A stretch of DNA of 64,000 nucleotides from an uncultured Dehalococcoidia bacterium (lineage in GTDB: Bacteria > Chloroflexota > Dehalococcoidia > Lucifugimonadales > UBA1127), in contig CAZVDP010000013.1 of assembly GCA_964625945.1 (NCBI GenBank), forward strand, positions 17,009-81,008, written 5' to 3'. Within the stretch, counting starts at the first letter, position 1. Every line of letters begins with the position of its first letter. The notes beneath the pieces were generated by a model that was given only the letters and a program-made list of their open reading frames with translations, was not told the DNA's origin and made no database searches. This document shows positions 47,147 through 55,823 of the stretch, one piece after another. A program made the translations under genes and the position numbers.

Positions 47147-48175
47147 TTAACTCTCCTTGACTGGAGCGTATAGATGATCCAGTAGCGTGGATGGGTCCGG
47201 GTACGGGGCTGCCTCTCCGGCGTCGGTCGCATCATTTACTTCCTGCTGTGCTTTTTCCCGATAGTTGGCGTCTGTCTCTTCCGTAAGGATATCCCAACTG
47301 ATGAGTTTGTCGCGGAACAGCGGGAGTGGATCCTTTTTCAAAGCCTCTTCCATTTCTGCTGGGGTCCGGTACCGACGGTCGTCATCATCTGTTGTATGGG
47401 GTTTCAGTCGTTCGACGCGGGCTTCAACAAGTGTGGGCCCTTCTCCATTTCGGGCTCGCTTATGGGCTTCCTGGATAGTTTGATAAACCTCGATGACATC
47501 CGATCCGTCGATCGAAACACCTGGGAAACCGTATCCTTCTGCACGTGTTGCCACGCTCGCGATTGCCATTTGGTGCTTTTGGGGCACCGAGATCGCGAAC
47601 TTGTTGTTTTCGCAAAGGAATATCACTGGTAATCTGTGGACGCCAGCGAAGTTCAGTGACTCGTGCCACTCTCCTTGGCTTGTCCCACCGTCACCGAAAC
47701 TACAAATAACCACGGAATCTTCGTTTCGTATCTTGGCGGACAGCGCGGCGCCGACAGCATGCGTCATGTTAGCACCTACAACGTTTGATGTATTGTAGAT
47801 ACGGTATTCGGGATATGCTCCGTGGAATGGAAACTGTCGGCCACCACTGAAGGGACCAGTCTTCGCAAGGAACCCACGGAGTGCTTCTTCCGCAGTAACG
47901 CCTAGAGCGACCTGGCCTGCAAGGTCTCTGTAGTAAAAGAAAAAGAAATCCTTTTCTGGATTCATCGCCCAAGCCGCACCGAGTCCAGCAGCCTCGTGGC
48001 CCTCGCTCGCAATTCCGATAGCAGACTTCCCCTGTCTGTTCAACATGATCCAGCGTTCGCTAAGGCGACGACTCAAGATCATTTGATAATACATTTTGAG
48101 CAAATCGCTATCACTCAATTCTGGAGGTCTATTAGTAGCATGTGAGTTCGGATCGTTAGTGGTTTTTTTAGCCAT
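47147..48175 (-). CDS. 2-oxoacid dehydrogenase E1 component, alpha subunit (TPP-dependent)
   Basis: 342-aa ORF; TPP motif GDGGTSQGEWHESLNFAGVHRLPVIFLCENN. GGGAGGA RBS upstream. Confidence 0.92.
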   Translation of the reverse strand: MAKKTTNDPNSHATNRPPELSDSDLLKMYYQMILSRRLSERWIMLNRQGKSAIGIASEGHEAAGLGAAWAMNPEKDFFFFYYRDLAGQVALGVTAEEALRGFLAKTGPFSGGRQFPFHGAYPEYRIYNTSNVVGANMTHAVGAALSAKIRNEDSVVICSFGDGGTSQGEWHESLNFAGVHRLPVIFLCENNKFAISVPQKHQMAIASVATRAEGYGFPGVSIDGSDVIEVYQTIQEAHKRARNGEGPTLVEARVERLKPHTTDDDDRRYRTPAEMEEALKKDPLPLFRDKLISWDILTEETDANYREKAQQEVNDATDAGEAAPYPDPSTLLDHLYAPVKES

Positions 48176-48339
48176 GGGGCGCGTCCTCCCGCGAGTCGAT
48201 TCGATATATAACGGTGTAGTCCATATTATAACTCTGCATTCTGGGTCAGACTAGCCCTAGGCTTCCTATCTCTATAGGACTATTGTTGCATCGAGATTGT
48301 TCGCCGGTATCCTCATATCAATACCCAAGGTTGTTTCAT

Positions 48340-49371
48340 TTAGTCGGGGACAAGTGCTATGCGCCCTACATTACGCCGTTCAGTCAGTAATCGGAAGGCC
48401 TCGTTGAAGTCTGAAAAAGGGAACACTCGGTCGATCGCGGGACTAACGAGTCCCGCTTGCACCATGTTTTCGACCTCGGCCACTAGCGACCTTTCTATCC
48501 CGGAGACCCCGATAATTTGTAAATTGCGAAACACTACTTCTGCTGGCCTGAACTCAGCTAATGATCCGTCGATGTCGCCCATCATAAGGAGGCGACCGTT
48601 TTCACGAAGCGATAGTAGAGAACTGATAAAGCCTTTACTTCCTAGGACATCGAATACGACGGCTGCACCTTGGTCTTCTGTAACACCGCGGACCAGGTGG
48701 CTAAACTCAAGGTCATCTATATGGAAGACCCAGTCTGGGTTGAACGTTTCTAAGGAAGAAACCTTTTTGGCTGAGGTGGTCATAGCGATTACTGTGCATC
48801 CAGAAGCGCGGGCGATTTGGATAGCATGAATGCCTAGCCCTCCACTTGCTCCAGTTATGACAACCGGCTCACCGGGCTTAACCTGGCCCGCATACTTAAT
48901 ACCCTTCAAGGCGATCCCGATTGGGCAGCTATACAGACTCGCTTGATACAAGTCGGTGTCAGGTTGTAATTTGATTGCGCTCTCTTCAGTGACGGCAATG
49001 TATTCGGCGAATCCTCCATCGACTTCGTGACCGATACCAAGGGATTCTAAGCATTCATCCGGGCGACGAGTAGTACACATTACACATGTCCCGCATACGT
49101 CTCTTAGCAACGTGGTTACATGGTCTCCCGGTTGGAGGGAATTTACGAGTTCCCCACACGAGACAACAGTTCCGGAGATTTCATGACCCAATATCACATT
49201 GGGTTTCACGCCCCGTCTCAGGATGCCTTGCATAACTAGGAGATCATGATGGCAAACACCACAAGCGGCGACCCGTATGAGGACTTGCTTTTTCCCAATC
49301 TGGGGAGACGCGACCTCACGGAGTTCCATGGTCGGAGGGTGGATCGCTCTGTTAAGGACTAAGGCCTTCAT
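48340..49371 (-). CDS. zinc-binding alcohol dehydrogenase family (MDR) oxidoreductase
   Basis: 343-aa ORF; CGVCHHD, GHEISGTV, structural-zinc Cys cluster CGTCVMCTTRRPDEC, GASGGLG. Confidence 0.85.
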   Translation of the reverse strand: MKALVLNRAIHPPTMELREVASPQIGKKQVLIRVAACGVCHHDLLVMQGILRRGVKPNVILGHEISGTVVSCGELVNSLQPGDHVTTLLRDVCGTCVMCTTRRPDECLESLGIGHEVDGGFAEYIAVTEESAIKLQPDTDLYQASLYSCPIGIALKGIKYAGQVKPGEPVVITGASGGLGIHAIQIARASGCTVIAMTTSAKKVSSLETFNPDWVFHIDDLEFSHLVRGVTEDQGAAVVFDVLGSKGFISSLLSLRENGRLLMMGDIDGSLAEFRPAEVVFRNLQIIGVSGIERSLVAEVENMVQAGLVSPAIDRVFPFSDFNEAFRLLTERRNVGRIALVPD

Positions 49372-49458
49372 TGATCTCCTTGAAGAGCATTGGAGATGCT
49401 ACCGAGTATCAATTGTATCAACTATAATTAGTACTTCAATTGTATCTAAAGGACAATT

Positions 49459-49929
49459 ATGACAGTGCAATACTGGCTATTCAAATCAGAACCAGGCGCA
49501 TATTCGTACAATGATCTCGTACATGATGCTGTGGCCGAATGGGACGGGGTCCGCAATTATCAGGCGAGGAATCTTCTCCGGGACACGATACAGGTGGGGG
49601 ATGGGGTCCTTTTCTACCACAGTAATACGGATCCTCTTGCCGTTATTGGAACAGCGACAGTGGTCCGGTCTGGCTACCCAGATCATACTGCATGGGATTC
49701 ATCCTCTGCGCATCCTGATCCTAGGAGTACTCCTGAGAAACCCGTATGGTACATGGTAGATATCCAGCCTGCCCAGCGATTCCATGCACCCGTCACTCTA
49801 AATGCGATGAAAACAATTTCTGGTTTAGAAAACATGATGTTACTGCGCCGCGGTGCACGCCTGTCCATACAGCCCGTAACATCGCAGGAATGGGCCATCA
49901 TCTTAAGTTTGGGATCTGCTGGCGCATGA
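49459..49929 (+). CDS. EVE (PUA-like) domain protein
   Basis: 156-aa ORF; YWLFKSEPGAYSYNDL...WDGVRNYQARNLLRD...GDGVLFYHS pattern. Confidence 0.8.
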   Translation: MTVQYWLFKSEPGAYSYNDLVHDAVAEWDGVRNYQARNLLRDTIQVGDGVLFYHSNTDPLAVIGTATVVRSGYPDHTAWDSSSAHPDPRSTPEKPVWYMVDIQPAQRFHAPVTLNAMKTISGLENMMLLRRGARLSIQPVTSQEWAIILSLGSAGA

Positions 49930-49984
49930 GTTGAAAATGTGGGACGTCGCAAAATGGATTGCGTGTCTGTAAGTGGAGGTTGCG

Positions 49985-50833
49985 ATGAGGATTGGAGCTC
50001 ATGTTTCTGCATCTGGAGGAATCGATAAAGCGATTGACCGTGCTGTAGAAATTGGTGCCGAGTGTGTCCAGATCTTTCCCTCTGCGCCGCAAACATGGGC
50101 GTTTCGGGCACCACCTGAGGATTCAGTGCTCAGTTTTCTTGAAAAAACGAAGGAGTTTGATGTGGGCCCAAATTTCCTTCACGGAATCTATCTTGTAAAC
50201 CTTGGTAGCCCTCAACCAGAGAACCTTAACAAATCACGAGCGGCTTTGGTGAACTATCTCAACGTGGCTTCTATGATTGGCGCACAGGGCGTGATCTTCC
50301 ATTCTGGTAGCCATAAAGGTGTCGGATTTAAGTCTGTTTTGTCCCAGACGATTGAACGAATGACTGAAGTGCTGGATGCTTCTCCGTCTGATACACAACT
50401 AATCATCGAGAATTGTGCCGGTATGGGGAACCAGATCGGTGCCAGTTTCTCGGAAATCGGTCAAATAATGAAGGGACTAGCGAGCCCAAGAGTGAAAGTT
50501 TGTTTGGATACACAGCACTCATTTGCTGCCGGTTATGACGTGCGATCGCGTGAGGGATTAGAGCGGACATTAGAGGAATTCGATGCAGAGGTAGGGCTTG
50601 AACATCTTGTGGCAGTGCATGCTAACGACTCGAAGATACCATTTGGTGGTGGAGTCGACCGCCATGAGAATATTGGGTTCGGGTCTATAGGAATTGAAGG
50701 ATTTCAATGTATCATGGAGCACCCAGCGCTTGCGGAAATCCCGTTCTTGTTAGAAGTTCCGGGCATTGAGCGAAAAGGTCCGGATCGGGAAAACGTGGAT
50801 GTTCTCAAGAGGATCCGTGATAAACAAAGTTAG
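49985..50833 (+). CDS. nfo: deoxyribonuclease IV (endonuclease IV, AP endonuclease)
   Basis: Track ORF starts at GTG 49973; the ATG at 49985 gives MRIGAHVS. HGIYLVNL, IENCAG, HANDSK motifs. Confidence 0.9.
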   Translation: MRIGAHVSASGGIDKAIDRAVEIGAECVQIFPSAPQTWAFRAPPEDSVLSFLEKTKEFDVGPNFLHGIYLVNLGSPQPENLNKSRAALVNYLNVASMIGAQGVIFHSGSHKGVGFKSVLSQTIERMTEVLDASPSDTQLIIENCAGMGNQIGASFSEIGQIMKGLASPRVKVCLDTQHSFAAGYDVRSREGLERTLEEFDAEVGLEHLVAVHANDSKIPFGGGVDRHENIGFGSIGIEGFQCIMEHPALAEIPFLLEVPGIERKGPDRENVDVLKRIRDKQS

Positions 50834-50923
50834 TTTGCTCAAGGCTTTGCTTCCAGAAACAGTTAGCCGGACTAGATTGTATTATCCCATGCGTAATTCT
50901 TGATGGGCTATCAAGGTATTGCT

Positions 50924-51751
50924 TTAGCGTCGCTCCATCTTTGCTATGCCACGGAAAGCGGCGGATAAATAAAGATTCCCTTGAGAGTCTCCGTAGATTC
51001 CGTGCCCGGCGTCAGGCGCTCGTGTTCTCGAAATCAGAGTTCCATCGGGAGATAATACACTGACTCGAGATGTCTGATCTGTGACATAGAACATACCGTG
51101 CTGGTCTTGCCATAAGTCCATCGGGTGATAAAAATCCGTCCATGCCGTTATGAACTTGCCGTCGGTATCAAAAATTTGCACAGAGTTATTCTCTCGGTCT
51201 GCTACATAGACTAGGGAATCCGCATCTACCCAGATGCCGTGTGGCGTAGAGAATTCCCCGAATTCCTCTCCTGGGGCGCCAAACGATTTGATGTAATTGC
51301 CATCTGAAGCATAGTGGTGAACCACCGAGTTGCCATATCCGTCTGCAATGAAAATATCTCCATTGGGCGCGATCGCAACATCCGAAGGATGGTTGAAGGG
51401 CTTTTGTAAGTGCGCTTCGTCACGCGTACCGATCCGCATAACTAGGGTTCCGTCGAGTGTGTACTTCAGCATTTCATGCGCGTCCCTGTCCAGAAGAAAG
51501 ACCGTGTCGTCACCTGCGATGAAAATCCCGTGGGCGTCGACCATCTCTCCGTTGCCCCAGCTTGACAGATAGTTTCCTTGACTATCAAAAATCACGATAG
51601 GGGGATCTTTTCGTTGAAACGCATACACACGGTCTTGCGCGTCACATGCTACATTACTGACGTTACCCCATGTCCAACCGTCTGGGAGGTTGCCAAAAGT
51701 ATGATGTATATCGTATCTGTAGGATCCTGTTCCAAAGATCCGTTTCGTCAT
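50924..51751 (-). CDS. NHL-repeat six-bladed beta-propeller protein (peptidylglycine-amidating-lyase-like)
   Basis: 275-aa ORF; repeated hydrophobic-D-x-x-G-x-hydrophobic-Y-V-x-D blades (VYAFQRKD, IFIADGYGN, VYVADRENN, FYVTDQTS). Confidence 0.7.
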   Translation of the reverse strand: MTKRIFGTGSYRYDIHHTFGNLPDGWTWGNVSNVACDAQDRVYAFQRKDPPIVIFDSQGNYLSSWGNGEMVDAHGIFIAGDDTVFLLDRDAHEMLKYTLDGTLVMRIGTRDEAHLQKPFNHPSDVAIAPNGDIFIADGYGNSVVHHYASDGNYIKSFGAPGEEFGEFSTPHGIWVDADSLVYVADRENNSVQIFDTDGKFITAWTDFYHPMDLWQDQHGMFYVTDQTSRVSVLSPDGTLISRTRAPDAGHGIYGDSQGNLYLSAAFRGIAKMERR

Positions 51752-51862
51752 TTTGTTTCACTCCTGAGTACTTTGGCTACGGAGTCAGGATAGGGACGAG
51801 TTATGCGGACGTCAATCCCTCTCACAATAGATATAGTGATACTATCTGGTATAGATCGTTGA

Positions 51863-52249
51863 ATGAGGAACAATTTGACAATACAGTTGTCGCGCACTTG
51901 TTTTGAACGTACAGTCTTGGAAATCGCTGATCTTCTTCCAAGTGGTATCAAGGAGTCGTTGGATAACGTGCAAATCTTGGTCAGAGCTTGGCCTTCACAT
52001 GAGCAACTGTCCACTGCCGGGCTGGATGAGAGACATGATCTCCTTGGTTTGTATGAGGGAATACCGCGTATTGAGCGAGGAAATTACAACCTATCTCTCC
52101 CAGATGTGATTTGGCTTTTCCAGCGTCCACTTGAGTCACTATGCGAGGACTACTGGCAGTTGAGGGCAGAGATACGGATGACAATGTTACATGAAATAGG
52201 ACATCATTTGGGGTGGGACGATCAACAGCTCGAGGCGTTAGAAGCATGA
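51863..52249 (+). CDS. small zincin-like metallopeptidase family protein (HExxH)
   Basis: 128-aa ORF; HEIGHHLGWDD near the C-terminus. Layout resembles the DUF1025/Zincin_1 family, from memory. Confidence 0.7.
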   Translation: MRNNLTIQLSRTCFERTVLEIADLLPSGIKESLDNVQILVRAWPSHEQLSTAGLDERHDLLGLYEGIPRIERGNYNLSLPDVIWLFQRPLESLCEDYWQLRAEIRMTMLHEIGHHLGWDDQQLEALEA

Positions 52250-52347
52250 AATGGTTTTCTATGGTTAGGGTATCAGGAGATTAAGTTACATCCGGCCGGA
52301 CGGATCATTAATGGTATCTGCAGTCTTTAAACTACCATCCTGTCTGC

Positions 52348-54003
52348 CTACGGGAAAAGTAAGTCACGTCCTTTCTCATCATAGCTACTGCTCGCTGAAT
52401 ACATGGCTGAATCTACAAGTTGTCGGTAAGAGTCAGGGCTCCCATATTCTCTGACTTTCACTACGATGGGTGTTGGGACGGCGTAACCGAACACTAATGC
52501 TTGCTGTTGAGCATCTAAGCCAGCTAAGACTCCTCGTAATTCCCCACTGTCAGGGGCACCAGATAGTGCAGATGCGATATCGCGGTCGTTATCTAATGGA
52601 TAAATGATTCGGGTGCCGATTTGGCTTATAACGTCAGGATCGAGACTGCTAGGGCGCTGGTCAACTACCATAAGGGTGATGTTGTTTTTTCGGTCTTCCC
52701 GTGCGATGGCTCCAAATGTTGTTTCAGCGCCAATGGATGAGTCTAGGAACGCATGTGCTTCTTCAATACAAATCACCAGTGGTCTAGGCTCTGATTGATT
52801 TGTAGTTGCAGCGTGTTGGGTCCATTGTATGTATTTTTCACGAATTCGCCTTGTAAGTAGATTCGAGACCAAAATATAGTCTGCTAGCGACCGGTGATCT
52901 CCGAATTCTAAGACGATGTGTGTTCCGCGTTGCAGAAAATCCAAAATGCTTCCTAAAGGATCCGCAAGAGAATCCTTGGTGAGGTAAGGCATACGCTCCA
53001 ATCGCTCAAGGCGTCTCCTAAGCGCGCTTAGCGTACTTGGTGCTTCCTGTATCTCTTCGGCCAAACTGTTAAGATCCTTTGCGTTACTGAATTCCAAAAA
53101 CTTTTTGAGCCATTGGCGCCCTAAATGTCGAGCAAGACGGTAGACAGCCTGAACTCCGTTGTCGGTAATATTCAGCGTAGATGCCAATAACTCTACATCT
53201 TCCGGTTCAATGTCGGCGTACGGGATTTGAATCTCTGATTCGAATTGGACTCCGCGTCTCAGAGAGCTTTGGGCGTCCAATGTAAATATGGTGACGCGTG
53301 ACGGGAATAGTTGCTTTAGACCTTTTGGTCTCAATCCGCGTTCCCTGTCTCGCCCTTGCCACCCGTGATCATTGTGCATATCGAAAATTAGACTCACCGC
53401 GTCAGTTTTTTGGATGATCCCCGCTAGCAGCAGCCGAGTGAGGAAGCTTTTACCAGTGCCACTTTTACCGAAGACTCCGTTCGACCGTTGAACGAAGGTA
53501 TTCATATCTAGACATATTTTGGTTTCGATATCTAATGGGCTGCCTATCCAAAAGTGTCTTCCGTCCTCTTGCCCGAAGACGGTTGCATAATCCGCCTCAG
53601 ACGCCTCGATAACCGGTGAAAAATGTACAGGGACACTTCGGACTTTAGAAAGCATCTCAGAGTTCCCGCCTAGCACGTTGGGTAGCACCAGGCGAGGACG
53701 AACTTTGAAGACCCCGTAAGCGGTTGTTCCTGCAAGGATTTCAATGAATAGCTGATTAGAACTATGTTGCGTCTGAGAGGCTAGAGATGGGTCGGTGGAT
53801 TTAAGGGACACATCAGTTATCATTCCGAAGAAGCGTGTACTCGTACTACGGATCGTGACGTGTGACCCGACACGAATATCTTCTATCGACGAATCCCCGT
53901 CTACTTTCACATCAACTCCGCTAGAGTGCGACCCACCAATGACTGTTCCCAAGCGGCGCGGTCCTGTCCCGGGATGAGGTGTATGAATAGATTCTGAAGT
54001 CAT
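52348..54003 (-). CDS. herA: HerA-family (FtsK/HerA clade) ATPase/helicase
   Basis: Track ORF starts at 54018. ATG 54003 is preceded by GGAGGA (54011-54016) and forms an ATGA overlap with the upstream stop. Barrel-like N-terminus, Walker A GVFGKSGTGKSF, Walker B LVICIEEAH, MVVDQRPS. Confidence 0.85.
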   Translation of the reverse strand: MTSESIHTPHPGTGPRRLGTVIGGSHSSGVDVKVDGDSSIEDIRVGSHVTIRSTSTRFFGMITDVSLKSTDPSLASQTQHSSNQLFIEILAGTTAYGVFKVRPRLVLPNVLGGNSEMLSKVRSVPVHFSPVIEASEADYATVFGQEDGRHFWIGSPLDIETKICLDMNTFVQRSNGVFGKSGTGKSFLTRLLLAGIIQKTDAVSLIFDMHNDHGWQGRDRERGLRPKGLKQLFPSRVTIFTLDAQSSLRRGVQFESEIQIPYADIEPEDVELLASTLNITDNGVQAVYRLARHLGRQWLKKFLEFSNAKDLNSLAEEIQEAPSTLSALRRRLERLERMPYLTKDSLADPLGSILDFLQRGTHIVLEFGDHRSLADYILVSNLLTRRIREKYIQWTQHAATTNQSEPRPLVICIEEAHAFLDSSIGAETTFGAIAREDRKNNITLMVVDQRPSSLDPDVISQIGTRIIYPLDNDRDIASALSGAPDSGELRGVLAGLDAQQQALVFGYAVPTPIVVKVREYGSPDSYRQLVDSAMYSASSSYDEKGRDLLFP

Positions 54004-54584
54004 CGAGTGATCCTCCATATGAGGGCGTTAAGTCGTCGTAAATCTTCTGATAAATCCTGGGCGAGTGCACGTCCAGCCGCTAGCAAAAATTCTCTAGGTT
54101 GTGGGTGAGCCAGCGAGGCTTGACGAAGGCAAGAAGCTACTGCTTCGTCTCTGGTGGTAGACTGCGTGCTTGTTAAAAGTTGAAGGAAATTGAATTGCTC
54201 GGTCAATGCTTCGATAGTGTTTGTCTCACATGTATATACAAACGAGTGTAACCTCGGGGGTAACGGCGGTAGGCCATGATATATTTTATCGGCGCCGTCG
54301 TAGCCGATAATTACAGCCTCCATGCGTGTTATCAGGAGATGTTCAAGTTGAGGATGATTTAGAAATAGTGAATCTTCGCTCTCTTCGTGTGATCCTCGCG
54401 CTATCACGCGCCTTCCGGGGTCTAACGGTCCACTCATGATGTTAGAAATGACCGCATATGTCGACGGATTCCCAACCGATACGAACGAGCCCAGAGGGAG
54501 AGCTCCGTCGAACGTATAGCATTGTGATGTGAAGGAATCAGAGGAGGTTTCGATCACCTCAGCGATCCGCTTTGGTCCACCCAT
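54000..54584 (-). CDS. hypothetical protein between nurA and herA (possible stand-alone HAS-barrel-like N-terminus)
   Basis: 194-aa ORF with GGAGAG RBS (54088-54093 region: actual 54588-54593). No catalytic motif recognised. N-terminal 55 aa align by eye with the HerA N-terminus. Confidence 0.6.
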   Translation of the reverse strand: MGGPKRIAEVIETSSDSFTSQCYTFDGALPLGSFVSVGNPSTYAVISNIMSGPLDPGRRVIARGSHEESEDSLFLNHPQLEHLLITRMEAVIIGYDGADKIYHGLPPLPPRLHSFVYTCETNTIEALTEQFNFLQLLTSTQSTTRDEAVASCLRQASLAHPQPREFLLAAGRALAQDLSEDLRRLNALIWRITR

Positions 54585-54593
54585 TTACTCTCC

Positions 54594-55823
54594 TTAGACG
54601 CTTCTGAGTTGTTTTGAACGGTTCTTCTCTGATGTTGTGAAAGGGATGCCTTGCGTTTCCATCAGATATTGAAGGAGGTGTTGAAACTCCTCACGGTCGC
54701 CAACTGAAATGACAGCTTGTTCGTGAGCTTCCTGTAAAACAACTGGATAGCCCATCCCACGTCGACATTGATCAAATATCACAGAGTGTAGTAAGTCCAC
54801 TGAACCACTATCTGTTGCTACCCAAGCAGGAAACTCGACGCGAGCGATCTCGTCTCCAACATTGATATAGAAGAACCTGATCGCATGGCCCCCGTAGTAT
54901 TCCTCAACTACGGACGCCTTCGATCGAAATACAGCTGATCGTTCGCCAACATCTAGCATAGCCCCGAAAATATCTCGGTCATAAACATCGTTTACATCGT
55001 CGCAACTCCTCGTCCCAGGAAGAAGATTCCGGCAATGCTTGTTGCAGTCCCCGGTCGGAGTATGAGTGCAAAGGAGTAGCCTTAACATATTCGTCACTTC
55101 GCGACTACGAGGCGAACTGATGTATCCCGCAATCGCTATAGGATGGGACCGTGATGATGCCTGGACTTGTCCTAGAGATGCAAGAAGGCCAAGATTTAGA
55201 AGTGCATCGCGCACGTATGTTGGATATCGGCCGGACGAAGTCCCTTCGGAGGCGAGGGACCATTGCACCAAGGACCCGTCTACTAGTCCTATATGCGGTC
55301 CGCTAATACCGTCAGACTCGCATAGGATGTTTGCCAGAAATTTAAGCTCTTCGACTGATCGCTTGATTCCCATCAAAGGGCCTTGGAAGGTCTGGCTTTG
55401 GATTTGAGATTCTGGATTCGTCAGGATGAGCTGGTCCCCAGAGTAAATCTCAGCTTTTTGATCAAGCCGTGCGCCTGTGTTGGACCCGTAAGTCAATGTG
55501 CATGTTCCAATATTAATTACTGAGCACGCGATTGGAAGATGTCTGTCGACATCAATATGAGATCCGTCAGTTGCGGATACGGTATAACTGGTAGGGCACA
55601 AGGGTAATGAGTGGCGCGCGGCCGGAAGTTCCAAAGGGTCACCGTGGGAGAACATGAAAGTGTTATCGGAGTTTGTGACAAGTTCTCGCGCACGTCGTCT
55701 AGTGGCGTTTTGCAGTGTCCGGACACACTCCTTCAATCTGGTTTCTTGTGTTCGTTTGTTGTTTGGCAAGTTCTTAGTTACAGATTCCAGTTGACGAAGG
55801 ACGTGGGAAAGATCGAGGCTCAT
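54594..55823 (-). CDS. nurA: NurA-domain 5'-3' nuclease
   Basis: 409-aa ORF; SATDGSH, GLVDGSL, GYPVVLQEAHEQAVI motifs typical of NurA. ATGA overlap with the selB stop (55820-55823). Confidence 0.75.
   Translation of the reverse strand: MSLDLSHVLRQLESVTKNLPNNKRTQETRLKECVRTLQNATRRRARELVTNSDNTFMFSHGDPLELPAARHSLPLCPTSYTVSATDGSHIDVDRHLPIACSVINIGTCTLTYGSNTGARLDQKAEIYSGDQLILTNPESQIQSQTFQGPLMGIKRSVEELKFLANILCESDGISGPHIGLVDGSLVQWSLASEGTSSGRYPTYVRDALLNLGLLASLGQVQASSRSHPIAIAGYISSPRSREVTNMLRLLLCTHTPTGDCNKHCRNLLPGTRSCDDVNDVYDRDIFGAMLDVGERSAVFRSKASVVEEYYGGHAIRFFYINVGDEIARVEFPAWVATDSGSVDLLHSVIFDQCRRGMGYPVVLQEAHEQAVISVGDREEFQHLLQYLMETQGIPFTTSEKNRSKQLRSV

Noticed and set aside
52291-52300. GC-rich 10-nt palindrome TCCGGCCGGA between the convergent zincin and herA genes, considered as a terminator.
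   Set aside because: It is too short, has no flanking U/A tracts, and could occur by chance.
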